Shown here: positions 42,666 to 55,629 of the stretch, piece after piece
How the letters are laid out: every line of letters begins with the position of its first letter
How positions within the stretch are numbered: the first letter of the stretch is position 1
Assembly (NCBI GenBank): GCA_964016885.1
Contig: OZ024748.1
Location: 59,830,001-59,894,000, forward strand
Source: Eledone cirrhosa
Taxonomy: Eukaryota
Length of the DNA: 64,000 nt
Direction: 5' to 3'
The notes under the pieces: model-generated
What the model was told of the DNA's origin: nothing
Database searches by the model: none
The model's input: the letters and a program-made list of their open reading frames with translations, nothing else
Made by a program: the position numbers and the translations under genes

Positions 42666-42806
42666 TAGATATGTATATATATGTGTGTGTGTGAGTGTGT
42701 GTGTATGTGTGAGCGTGTATATATATAAATATATATGTATATACATAAATAAATAAATATATATTTATAAATATATAAATAAATAATATAACTATATTTA
42801 CAAATT

Positions 42807-42840
<34 letters not shown>

Positions 42841-43147
42841 CAATTCTCACATATTTATTCATTGCTAGTCCAACACTCACTGATCAGTCTAATGACAATC
42901 ATGAGAGAAACTATGAAAACTTACCATAATGTAACCAGTTCTTTAACTAAACGATTCTGATCTACTTCTATACGAATTAATGATTTTTTCATTTATTTTC
43001 GCTTTTTTTGCTTCTTTCATTTTCACCATACAATCGTGAGGAACAATCTCTGATTTCCGAATTTCAATCGCAAAGAACTTGTTTGATTTGTAATAATGGC
43101 TAGCAACAACGACAGCAACAACAGCGACAAAAGCAAGAACAAGAACA

Positions 43148-44195
43148 TAATTGTTTCTACTTTTTGGCACAAGGCCAGCAATTACCCCAGTGCATTACTG
43201 GTACTTTATTTTATCGACCCCGTAAGGATGAAAGGCAAAGTTAACCTCGGCGGGATTTGAACTCAGACCATAAAGGGCGGTAACTCTTTGCTGCAAAGCA
43301 CAGCGTCTGACCCTCTACCGATACTGCCAATCCACATGGCTAGCAATAACCACAGCAGCAACATCAACAACGACAACAACAATAGTGACAAGAACAAGAA
43401 CAAGAACAACAATAACATCATAAAATTACAATAATAATAATGTTTCTACTTTTGGCACAAGTCCAGCAATTACCCAGTGTATTACTGGTACTTTTTTTAT
43501 TGACCCCGTGAGGATGAAAAGCAAAGTTAACCTCGACGGGATTTGAACTCAGAACGTAAAGGGACGTAACTATGCTAGAAAGCGTGGCGTCCAGCCTTCT
43601 ACCGATACTGCCAATTCAGCGTCCTTAAGGATGAAGGGCAGGATTTGAACTCAGAATGCCAAGGGCCATAACTCTATACTGCAAAGGATGGCGTCCGACC
43701 CTCTACTGATAACAACAGCAGCAACATCAACAACGACAAGAACAAGAACAACAATAACAACATAAAATAACAATAATAATAATGTGTCTACTTTTGGCAC
43801 AAGGCCAGCAATTAACCCAGTACATTACTGCTACTTTATTTTAATCGACCCCGTAAGGATGAAAGGCAAAGTTAACCTCGGCGGGATTTGAACTCAGAAC
43901 GTAAAGAGGCGTAACCCTATGCCGTGAAGCATGGTGCCTAAGTTCTACCGTTACTGCCAATCCACCACCCTAAACTCATAATAATTGTTTCTACTTTAGG
44001 CACAAGGGGTTGTTTCTACTTTTGACACAAGACCAGCAATTACCCCAGTGCATTACTGGTACTTTATTTTATCGACCCGTAAGGATGAAAGGCAAAGTTA
44101 ACCTAGGTGGATTAGATCCCTGAACGTAAAGGGCCATAACTCTATGCTGCAAAAAAGGGTGTCTGGCGCTCTACCGATACTGTCAAAGCACCGTC
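43148..44195 (-). mobile_element. Cluster of about 5 tandem tRNA-derived SINE copies with (AAC)-rich linkers
   Basis: Copies at about 43148-43335, 43437-43625, 43626-43710 (partial), 43778-43970 and 43981-44195. Confidence 0.9.
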
Positions 44196-44231
44196 AGAAA
44201 CAATATTATACATACCCAAGGCGCACGGTGC

Positions 44232-44332
44232 TTTGATTCGGGGACGGCCTGCGATCTAGGTGCTATCGTTGTCGTAGTTGATCCCCGAAGGGCACCGATA
44301 ACACCTAGATCACAGGCCGTCCCTGAATCAAA
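44232..44332. other. GC-rich hairpin with 40-bp stem
   Basis: TTTGATTCGGGGACGGCCTGCGATCTAGGTGCTATCG / CGATAACACCTAGATCACAGGCCGTCCCTGAATCAAA; duplicate at 48056-48156. Confidence 0.8.
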
Positions 44333-44389
44333 TATTTTTCTGTTTGGGTATACCGTAATTCCTTTATTTATTATCTAATTATACAATTT

Positions 44390-44662
44390 GTATCTGATGA
44401 TGTCACCAGGATCTTACGTAACCCAGCCATTGAAATATATATAGTGTTTTTTCAACAATAAAACTTTAAAGGAACATTACCAGTCCGGTCTCCTCTTATT
44501 TTAATCAAACCAATATTTAACTCCGTCCTTGCACCAACCACAGGATTCAACATCAACATTGGACGAGTTGCGTAACGTAGAGTGCTTTTCTTACTAATAC
44601 ATCATGATTAACTATACGGAATGACCAGTTCTATGCATTGGTGAACCACTAAACATAAATAT
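44390..44662 (+). mobile_element. PLE family B 3' region with weak hammerhead (44394-44445)
   Basis: CTGATGA tgtcacc...ccatt GAAA TATATA TA; homology to 901-1060. Confidence 0.5.
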
Positions 44663-44896
44663 GTGTATTGTGTATGCTCCGATTATTCCAGACATCCGTC
44701 TGGAAGAAACAATTGTTAGCAATTAAATGTATTAAACTAAGATTTGATTGTTTTATATTTTATATCTCGGCTCTGTAATACATTTGATAATTTACATTGA
44801 GCCTTTTCTCTTACCGGTAATTGGCTAGTGCTTAGTACTACCCTCCATATCTCCATAAACCATATATAAGTATAAATATTATTATTATTATTACTT

Positions 44897-45008
44897 AGTT
44901 GAATATTATTACTTAGGTGCATAATATCAACTCAACAAAAGATTGTTACAACAGTTTATCAAATACACGTATATACGTGCGTATAATCATACATATACAC
45001 ATACACAC

Positions 45009-45045
<37 letters not shown>

Positions 45046-45150
45046 CGTGTATGTGTGTATATATGATTGTACGCACGTATATACCTATGTTTAATAAACT
45101 GTTGTAACAAACTTTTGTTGAGTTGATATTACGCCCCTCATATTCAACTT
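44897..45150. repeat. MITE-like palindrome centred on a (TA)n tract
   Basis: 44897-45010 is the reverse complement of 45044-45150. Confidence 0.7.
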
Positions 45151-45397
45151 CCATACTAGAAAAATACTTTCTAAACTTATATTGGCAAACCTTCTGAGAT
45201 TGCCACGGTGTTCATAATCACGCATTTATTTTCTCCCAAAAATATTTATATCTATATAAATCAAATATAAAACTCCTTTTCTCCCCAGCGTGGACATTCT
45301 TCCAGTTTCTTTATGACGACATAGATATAAATGAGTAAGGTTATCTGTCAGTCTTCAAAGCGTTAAAAATCATTTTCAAGTGTGCATTGAATGCGCA

Positions 45398-45514
45398 TGT
45401 CCTAGTAGTTATGTTGCTGGTCTGAAGATCGTAAGGAGGTGGTTTTGAGTCATTGAACTGGCTGCGAGTTGTATCCTTGAGCAAGGTACATCTCATCATC
45501 ATCATCAGCATCAC

Positions 45515-45585
<71 letters not shown>

Positions 45586-45700
45586 CCGTTTAACGTCCAC
45601 TGTTCCACGCTGCGTTTTTCATTTTACGTTGCTTTAATCTCCTCAGTTAAAATTGAGTACCATTAAATCCTGCTGGGAATTGACTTTGTGACGAGCGGGT
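45398..45700 (+). mobile_element. Diverged second-family SINE interrupted by an antisense (GAT)n-tailed retroelement 3' end (45493-45612)
   Basis: GTATCCTTGAGCAAGG core split by (CAT)n-CGTTTAACGTCCACTGTTCCACGC; same tail at 59495-59539. Confidence 0.6.
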
Positions 45701-45999
45701 GTCCCATCTTGTACTCTGAGTTGCTTAATGTAACATGAAACAGTGTGAAGCTCTGACCTGATTAACCTCTAAAGCCTCAGAAAGATATTAAATCCAGTTG
45801 AAGTGCGATATATGTCATAAATAATGTATTAATTTTTGGCCGACAATTTAACATTTCCGTATAATAGCAAGAGGTATTGTGTTCCATGTATACCACCAGG
45901 ATATAATGCTGAAGGAAAATATAGCTATATATATTGTGACCAAATATAGTTATATATAAATTTCTTTATAATGTGAGAAAATGTAGTTATATATAAAAG

Positions 46000-46620
46000 T
46001 CCTCTATATCGTGACCACAACGTTCCTACTGGTTATCCTTCAGCCAGTTTAACAGCGTTGCTTGGACCCTGGCAACTTTTAGAAGTATAAATTCTATTGT
46101 AAGCATTCGTTTCAGGTTTTCGATCTTAGGATAACGTCTCTACACAACTTTCTAAAGACATAGTAAAAATAATTGGTGCTGTTTCGTACTAATTATACAA
46201 GAAGGTCAGAAGAAACTCACCCTCACCAGGCAATGTATTAGAACTATAAGATTCAAAACGATGATAAATTGACCAGTAATAACGCTTACAGAGGGTGTGT
46301 GATGTATATATATGACTTGTAATTTCTGATGCAATCATAGAGGAGCCCTCGTGACATATAATGTCTTAGACGTGTTAAATCTGGTGAAGTCCATTCCCTA
46401 TTCAGGTTTGAATACAGCCGATTTCTTCCAGAGTAGGAGAGAATGCAAGAAAAGCATCGAGAAAGAGATATATAGGAAGAATCGATTCCAGTATTGGAAT
46501 GGCATTTTTTTCTTTATCGATCTCAAACTGAGAGAGTACAGAGAGCCTGAAACAATACCACAAGGCATTCCACCGGAATTTCCATTGACTCTGCCAATTC
46601 ACCGCCTACGTGTGAAATAA
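46000..46620 (-). pseudogene. Possible very decayed LINE reverse-transcriptase remnant
   Basis: Minus-strand peptides LAFSPTLEEI and DCIRNYK resemble RTE/CR1 pre-RT motifs; frames broken. Confidence 0.3.
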
Positions 46621-47085
46621 TTTTTACAGTAATTTTCCGAGTGATTGAAACAAACTTCTCCTTTATTGGTTAACATGTTGTTGGAAATGGCTTCTATAGA
46701 ATATAATCCAGGCACTCTCTTCTTATTCAATTCAATTCAACGCAATTTAATTCCATTCGATTTATCACCATTGTAAAAAGACATCCAACAACATGTGCAT
46801 AAGATTTGTTAGTGTTGACAGTTAAACTGACAGAGAAGTCAAGAAGACAAAAGTTGATCAACATGCCACGAACACACCATTTTTCACTGTCGTTATTGGA
46901 TTACACTTCAAATCAATTAGTCGGTCACAAACCTGAATCTTGCTCTGAAAGTAATCTATAACGACAGCCCTATAAGTATCCTGTATAACCTTTCTACAAT
47001 CTCAAACTCTGAATTAAACATTTCAAACATTTATTCTGGTCCAAAGTAATGGGATCTAAGTTATATCTTCTTCACAACAGAACAC

Positions 47086-47175
47086 TGATATCTCCGATCA
47101 TCTGAAAGATCGGATCACCTGACATCTCGGATCAACTGAAACATCGGATCACCTGACATATCAGATCAACTGACA
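47086..47175 (+). repeat. 17-bp minisatellite, about 5 units
   Basis: CTGACATCTCGGATCAA-like units. Confidence 0.75.
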
Positions 47176-47414
47176 ATGTGTATAGTCAACCATATAATGT
47201 TTCAATAACACTGTAACTTGTTTATATATAAAGGATTATCCTTGTAGTTTGATACACGTTGCTGTTGTTGTTGTTGATGATGTGATTGTTATTTTTCTTT
47301 GGTTCTTCTTGTTGTTTTTTCTTGCTGTTTGTTGTTGTTGTTGCTAATGTCGTTTGCTGTTGTTATTGTTGTTGCTATAGTTGTTATTGTTAGTGTTATT
47401 TGCAGTACTATTGT

Positions 47415-47493
47415 TGTTGCTGTTGGTGTTGTCATAGTTATTGGTGCTTTTGTTGTTATTGTTGTTATTATTCTTGTATGTATATATATATAT

Positions 47494-47587
<94 letters not shown>

Positions 47588-47905
47588 GTATATGTATATA
47601 TATATGTATGTATATATGTATGTAGGTATGTACGTATATACGTATGCATTTATGTATATATATATATGTATCTATGAATATATATATATATATGTATGTA
47701 TGTATGTATATATGTATATATATATATATTCATAGATACATATATATATATATATATACATAAATGCATACGTATATACATACATACCTACATACATATA
47801 TATATACAGATACACATACATGTATATATATACATACAAGAATAATAACAACAATAACAACAAAAGCAGCAATAACTATGACAACAGCAATAACAACAAT
47901 AACAG
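47415..47905. repeat. Inverted duplication of low-complexity DNA
   Basis: 47415-47690 is the reverse complement of 47720-47905, including distinctive interruptions GTAGGTATG and GCATTTATG. Confidence 0.8.
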
Positions 47906-48268
47906 GGATGAAAGGCAAAGTTAACCTAGGTGGATTAGATCCCTGAACGTAAAGGGCCATTAACTCTATGCTGCAAAAAAGGGTGTCTGGCGCTCTACCG
48001 ATACTGTCAAAGCACCGCCAGAAACAATATTATACATACCCAAGGCGCACGGTTCTTTGATTCGGGGACGGCCTGCGATCTAGGTGCTATCGTTGTCGTA
48101 GTTGATCCCCGAAGGGCACCGATAACACCTAGATCACAGGCCGTCCCCGAATCAAATATTTTTCTGTTTGGGTATACCGTAATTCCTTTATTTATTATCT
48201 AATTATACAATTTACATCTGATGATGTCACAAAGATCTTACGTAACCCAGCCATTGAAATATATATAG
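47906..48268 (+). repeat. Direct copy of 44083-44444 (SINE part + hairpin + family B hammerhead)
   Basis: Near-identical, including diagnostic SINE mutations (AACCTAGGTGGATTAGATCCCTGAAC). Confidence 0.9.
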
Positions 48269-48442
48269 TATTGAAACAGTGGAAATATCTCAGACAGTTT
48301 GAATATATATTTGTCTAGTGTACGTAAGATGTTAGTAGGAACGTTTATTTCTTGAGTTTGTGAGTTAGGAGGAAAGAAGAGAGGAAAAAACAGTATTCGT
48401 GAAAGTATATATATATACATATACATATATATATATATATAT

Positions 48443-48813
48443 AGTAATGATAATAAATTTAAAGTCTAAAATCCAAAGAGGGCTCGATAAGGATAAATAT
48501 ATATCAAATATATTTATAACCGTAGAGCAAATATTTATTAAAATAACAGATTAAAGTTTAAGCAATGAATCGCCGCTTTCACCCTTAACGGGATTTTCTG
48601 AAACCAAAAAAATCAATCTGTGAACGCAGAAGTAAATATTTCAAAAAAACGTTGCAACCGAAGGAAGACAGGAAGACGATACTTTGGTTCGTGGAAACGT
48701 TTCCTGGCAAAGAACGGATAAAGACAAAGATAATACGTCATAATTTGGAGCGATCAAAACAATTACACGCAAAGGCAAAACCAGCAATTCTTTGCTTAAA
48801 CTTTAATCTGTTA

Positions 48814-48820
<7 letters not shown>
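48443..48820 (-). mobile_element. PLE family L with short inverted arm (48788-48820)
   Basis: Matches 41525-41737 and the reverse complement of 41757-42003. Confidence 0.8.
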
Positions 48821-48849
<29 letters not shown>

Positions 48850-48850
<1 letters not shown>

Positions 48851-49140
48851 GTTATTCTGGGAGAAACTTAAAAATAAGGAGTGGCACCCCATTCTGAACT
48901 TGTTTATAGAATTCTTTCTGCCTTTGTTACTCTAAATATAAATTATAGCTTTAAAGAATTAGCTTTTAATGAATTCCCTTTTCTATCAACCAATGACCTC
49001 TACCCATCCCACTCCCTACCCTCTCCTACCACCTGAAGAGGCCTATAAATACCATATTTATTTTTTGATACCCAGATTCCTGATGATTTCTAAAGAATGA
49101 AACAGTTCTAGTCCTGTAGAATCTCATCTGTATTAAAACT
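48850..49140 (+). mobile_element. PLE family H with intact hammerhead (49074-49124)
   Basis: AGATTC-CTGATGA-TTTCTAAAGAAT-GAAA-CAG TTCTAGTC CTG-TA-GAATCT; forward arm starts at GAGAAACTTA, as at 11095. Confidence 0.85.
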
Positions 49141-49427
49141 ATATATATATATATATTTATTAAACGGAAAAAATGAAACGAAATTTCATTTCCCATTCTT
49201 AGTACGGCTGTTACTTAAATATAAGTATGTATACGTACATACATATATGTATACAGACGTACAGTAGTATGTATATATATATACATACATGCACACATAT
49301 ATATATGTACGTATGGATTCACCAAACATTTATTATAATGCTCGGTGTGTTTGTAAACAAACATCTCGTATTAAGCCGTAGTGTCTAGCAACCACCGTTG
49401 CTCGTTTGTTCAACACTGACAAAGGAA

Positions 49428-49468
49428 CGCTGTACTAGTTTCAAGCTTGTTAGCTATCGTCAGCAACG
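49428..49468 (-). ncRNA. Minimal type I hammerhead ribozyme (family J)
   Basis: CGTTG-CTGACGA-T AGCT AACA AGCT T-GAAA-CTAG-TA-CAGCG; palindromic stem III ACTAGT. Confidence 0.85.
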
Positions 49469-49674
49469 TATACCTTCCTGCCAGATAGTTGAACGTCCGA
49501 AAGTATATACTTTCCTTATGCATATTAACGGCTGAGTAGGAAATGAAATTTCGTTTCATTTTTTCCGTTTATCGTTTTCGGTGCACCCGATATGCAAATT
49601 GGGCTACTCAGCCGTTAATATGCATAAGGAAAGTATATACTTTCGGACGTTCAACTATCTGGCAGAAAGGTATA

Positions 49675-49715
49675 CGTTGCTGACGATTGCTAACAAGCTT
49701 GAAACTAGTACAGCG
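49675..49715 (+). ncRNA. Minimal type I hammerhead ribozyme (family J)
   Basis: CGTTG-CTGACGA-TTGCTAACAAGCTT-GAAA-CTAG-TA-CAGCG. Confidence 0.8.
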
Positions 49716-49922
49716 TTCCTTTGTCAGTGTTGAACAAACGAGCAACGGTGGTGTTAGCCACTACGGCTTAATACGGGATGTTTGTTTACAAACACACCGA
49801 GCATTATAATAAATGTCTGGTGAATCCATACGTACTTATATATATGTGTGCATGTATGTATATATACATACTACTGTACGTCTGTATACATATATGTATG
49901 TACGTATACATACTTATATTTA

Positions 49923-50125
49923 TATTTATTAAAATAACAGATTAAAGTTTAAGCAAAGAATCGCTGCTTTCACCCTTAACGGGATCTTCTGAAACCGACA
50001 AAGTCAATCTGTAAACGCAGAAGTGAATATTTCAAAAAACGTTGCAACCGGAGGAAGACAGGAAGACGATACTTTGATTCGTGGAAACGTTCCCTGGTAA
50101 AGAACGGGAAAAAACGAATATAATT
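49923..50125 (-). mobile_element. PLE family L fragment with CAGAAGA hammerhead (49946-49995)
   Basis: Reverse complement of 41805-42005. Confidence 0.8.
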
Positions 50126-50782
50126 GCTCTACAGTTCTTCTCTCCCTTGTGTATGAGACCAAGTATATATATTTGTGACTTTGGAATGATGAAAACTTTC
50201 TGAATCTTTGTGTATGTATGTTTAAGCAAATGTATTGTTGTGTCATTGTATGCGTATATAAAGCGTTTGCATGTATGTGATTTTGTGTTCTTGTATATTT
50301 GTGTGAGTTTGTGTCTGTGTTTGTTTCTATGGTGAGTGTTGGTGTATTTCTGTTTATGAATGTGTCTATATAAGTGTGTATGTATATATGTATACATATA
50401 TGTATGTATATATATATACATGTATGTATGTATGTATGTATGTATGTATGTATGTATGTATGTATGTATGTATGTATGTATGTATGTACGTATAGAAGGA
50501 TGTATGTATATATGTATGTAAGTGTGTATGTGTGTGTGTGTTATATGTATGTGTGTGTGTATGTATGTATGAATGTATGTATCTGTGTAAGTATATATGT
50601 ATGTGTGTGTGTATGTATGAATGTATGTATGTATGTATGAATGTATGTATCTGAGTAAGTATGTATATATGTATATATTTATATATGTGTGTACGTATGT
50701 ATATATCTACATATGTTGACTTTAAGTTCTTCGCATAATTTAAGCTCTGGTTAATATATGTGTCTCTATGCACACAAACACA

Positions 50783-50885
<103 letters not shown>

Positions 50886-50928
50886 GTATATTTATATATA
50901 TACAGACTATATATATATATATACATAC

Positions 50929-51038
<110 letters not shown>

Positions 51039-51178
51039 ATAAATATATATATGTATACATACAAACACAGATACGTACATACAAACATACAGACACAATC
51101 TTACACACATATATATATATACATATGTTTATGTATGTTTGTCAGTTTGTGTATGTGTCTCTTTCACTCTCTCTCTCT

Positions 51179-51225
<47 letters not shown>

Positions 51226-51694
51226 ATATATATTTGTCTATGTGAGCTCCAAATGACTGAGAGATTAAATGTCAAGAGAGCAAGTTGTGTGGAATATAAA
51301 TCAGTGTAATATAATTATGAGGGTTGATATTTCATGGCAAATGAGATATCAGTGGGGGAAGATATCTCACGTATCACACAGATAGCAACGTCCTGCACAA
51401 GAAAACAGCAAACATGTCCTCAAACTAACTTTGGATATAAATCGTTGCAAGAAACAGCCTTTCCAGAGTAAATTATTTGATTTATCGTCTCAAACATTGA
51501 TATTACAGTGTAATGAACTGTCGTATGGCATCCATATATCCACACGCAAGCATAGACATGCATATGTATACATACAGATATACACACATAGAGTCATATA
51601 TACGCGCATACAAATATACATACACATATATATATTCATATACATATAGACTTTCAAGTATAGATGCATAGTGATTAATATATATGCGTTTATA

Positions 51695-51769
<75 letters not shown>

Positions 51770-52574
51770 TTAGGTTCAAATCTGCATTACCTTACCAAAA
51801 ACAAATGTCTTCTTTTTGTTCTTCTCTCCGCTACTGGTTTGTACAACAAAATTATGTGAAATTTTGTGATATGCGAGGTATATATAAAGGGGTGGTGGAA
51901 CTGCAGGGCGCATGAGGCCCATCGCCCCACCCTACATTAATTATATTTATCTTCTTTTATGTCTACAAAAAACACACGTCTGTATGCGCTACAATGTATG
52001 TACATGTTATGCAGAGGCAGATGGGAAAGATAGGTATAGATATAGAGAGGGAGAGAGTTTGGTGGTAATTGATATAGAGAAGCTTTTGGGAAGGTGTGTT
52101 GTATATTAAGTATGGGGAGGGGGAGGGATTGATGTTTATTGATATAGAGAGGGGTCTTATAAAGAGTTCAGTGTATTAGATATAGAGAGGGGGGAGGGGG
52201 AGTATGTTGTACGGTTGATGTAGAGAGGGTGAGAATTTAGGCTTGATTAATATACAGAGGGGTATTGTGAGAGATAAATGTAGATATTTAATCTATGGAG
52301 AATGAAAGAGTGTATTAGTCTTAGATATAGAGATTGGGAAAAGAGAGGCTGTGTTGTGGTAGATATAGAAAGGGGTAGAGTTTAGTTTTAGTCGATACAG
52401 AGAGGGGGATTAAATGTTTTGTTTGATAGACAGGAGAGGAGGAGAGTTTGGTGACACTCTCGGGTTCTAAATAATAAGAGGGATGGGAATATATATATAT
52501 ATATATATACACACACATACACTCAAATATATATATATATATATACAGACACACACACACATATATATATAGAC

Positions 52575-53221
52575 ACCCTAAAGTAAATCAACCGAAACTA
52601 AAAGCTCTTCCATACATCTCCATACACACAGCGTCCTCAACAATGAGGCATTTGGCACCATCCTGCAGAATATCCCTGTGTTAAAAAAGGACTATAGAAT
52701 GAACCAAATCCTACGAACACACGATATCATAAAGAGCAAAAGACAATCTAAGTCAATGAAAAACATCCTAACACATGCCAAAGTACTGCCAACCACAACA
52801 ACGAAACCCACAGTAAAAAAAATGCGATAGACCCAACTGTGGCATATGCATCAACCTAATAGAGGGTTCGGAATTCTATTTCAAAGAAGGACAACATTTT
52901 ATAGTAAAACACAATTTCACATGCGCATCAGAAAATCCAATATATGTATTAACTTGCTCAGGTTGTCGAGAACAATACATAGGCCAGACCAATCACAGCC
53001 TCCGCCAACGCATGACTGTCCATAGATCCCAAATTAAAATACGGGAATACAGGAAAATACCACTGAGTGCACACATTGATACCTGTGCCGCCCAAAATCA
53101 TCCCAACTTCAGAATCTTTCCCCTCTACAAATTTAAAGATAATGCCACCCACACCCAGCGCACCAGCAAGGAATCTCACTTTATTAACAAATACGGACCC
53201 CGTCTAAACACTTCTCCCTAA
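52575..53221 (+). pseudogene. Penelope-like (Neptune-type) ORF C-terminus: post-RT region, Cys linker, GIY-YIG endonuclease (frameshifted, 5'-truncated)
   Basis: IIKSKRQSKSMKNILTHAK...(frameshift in A-run at about 52820)...KCDRPNCGIC...FTCASENPIYVLTCSGCREQYIGQTNHSLRQRMTVHRSQI...KESHFINKYGPRLN. Confidence 0.9.
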
Positions 53222-53933
53222 GACGAACCCACAACATACACACGACAACATACATACCTACATCAGCATACATCCTACATACATCTCTATCCACATATAA
53301 ACACAACGACATACGTAAACACACATGTTCTATGGTGCAACACAAATATACACAAATTTGCATACCTTTTGATGTCTATAGATATAAACATGCCGACACA
53401 CACACATACATATACGCACACATGCATTGCACACTGATGGGCACATACATATTTGTACACAAGTATTCCAATACGGCAAGGCCTAATGGATTCCCCTTGC
53501 AGTACGTACAATCTGGACACTCACACACACCTTGGTTTTATGCCAATACTATATATCATTTCACACCTTTTATTATTAAGCTTTTTGATGTTCTATTGAG
53601 AGAATCGTTTTTACAGAAAATATCGAATAATGTACACCATTTTTACCAGTATCACAAAAATACTGGTCCACCCACACACATACACACATACACACATACA
53701 CACATACACACATACACACATACACACACACACATATATACACATACATACACACGCATACACTAACATACAAAGAGACATATACACACAGACACACACA
53801 TACACACACACACAGACACACACTTCTCCGTATAAGACAAGAGCTGAAAAATATATTTTAACATGTTAAAATAACCCCCACACACGTACAGACACATTCC
53901 TTCTGACCGATCCCTCTACCACGAATTACTCTA

Positions 53934-53966
<33 letters not shown>

Positions 53967-54541
53967 ACTTGTCTTAATAGGCATCTGAACTGTTGACCTG
54001 TAAACAAACTGCAATTCAAACACACATCCCTACTGACCATTATCACAACAATGTACCTCTTTACTACTACTACTACACACACACACACACACATATTTGT
54101 CTTAAAAGACTTATTTTTCAGTGACTTCTCAATCAGCCGAGACAAACCTACATTTGGCGCAAAATCAATTTTTAACATTCACATGACCTCTACCGACCAA
54201 TCAAAATTGTTTTGACCACAAGAATTTTTGCACCACGAATTGGCGCGAAACTTATTTAAATACATCTGGAGCCACTTTTTTCACATAAAACAGGTAGAAT
54301 TTCCAAAACTGATCAGATTAGAGCAAACATCACGGGCGCTCTATCTCAAAATTATTTTTGAAAAGCATTAGAAATGCGCAACCGGTAAAACTTAAAACCA
54401 AAACTGAATACTAACCAATACTATTACTAATTTTTACTTATTCCTAATTAAACTATTTTTCACTGGGAACAATTTGTCAGCATTTTCTTTTCCTTTTACC
54501 AATATATCATAACTCTTGTGTTACACCTCTATTCTTTTAAA
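52575..54541 (+). mobile_element. 5'-truncated Neptune-type PLE including 3' UTR/pLTR (family F)
   Basis: ORF above followed by a CA-rich UTR; the terminal 230 bp recur at 9563-9790 and 16094-16310; contiguity of the UTR is inferred. Confidence 0.7.
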
Positions 54542-54544
54542 CAA

Positions 54545-54624
<80 letters not shown>

Positions 54625-54939
54625 TAGATATATTATTAATAACAAAGACACCACTAACCCCTGTCGAATTTCTAGAAGCAACGTCGACATTATTTCACCA
54701 AAAATTCTAACAATAATAAATGCTGGTTTCTCCATTTTCCACTATTCACCCTCTTCTCCATTCCTTCCTCTACCATCTTCACCTCCTTCTACTCTATATC
54801 CCCTCTCCCTCTTATCAATTTATGAATGAATTGTGTTAATCGTCACTAGAAAACACTTCATAAAATAATAAGTCAGTGTGAAAATGATAGTATGACAGCA
54901 TCCACAACAATATCCATGGTTACCAACAGTAAAAATCAC

Positions 54940-54974
<35 letters not shown>

Positions 54975-55460
54975 AACAAGAAAAACGAATACAACAAGAA
55001 CAACAAGAAAAACGAAGACAACAACAACAATAAAAACACGAGAAATAAGTATGTAAATATAAGTATAAAAAAACCAAGATGAAAATATTTTTAACTAACA
55101 ATAAGACTAAAACAACAACAACAATAATACAATAAAAGATCACAACTACAACAACAATAACAACGAAAACAAGACGAGCACAAAGACAGCAATAGCAACT
55201 ACAAAAACTAATAGAAACAACAACCGTAACAAAACAAAAACATCAACAACGTGACTAACGATAAATATTAATACAATAACAACAACAACAGTAATTACAA
55301 CAACAGTAAGAACACATCAAAGGATAACAATAACAACTGTAACAACAAGATAACGTAAAAATGTCAATAACAAAAAAAAACAGAATACAAAAACAACAGC
55401 AACAGCAACAACTAAACGACGCCAACAACAACTACAATATTGGAACAAAGATAAAATATA

Positions 55461-55629
55461 ATAATTGTTTCTACTTTAGGCACAAGGCCAGCAATCACCC
55501 AGTGTATTACTGGTACTTTATTTTATCGACCCCGTAAGGATGAAAGGCAAAGTTAACCTTGGCGGGATTTGAACTCAGAAAGGCAAGGGCCGTAACTCTA
55601 TACGTCAAAGCATGGCGTCCGACACTCTA
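55461..55629 (-). mobile_element. tRNA-derived SINE (slightly 5'-truncated)
   Basis: Reverse complement of the 8263 SINE; AATATAATAAT flanks. Confidence 0.9.

Larger units (their letters stand above)
49161..49921. mobile_element. PLE family J, long fold-back (about 320-bp arms) with two hammerheads
   Basis: 49217-49538 inverted against 49605-49921; 49162-49192 inverted against 49539-49570. Confidence 0.85.
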
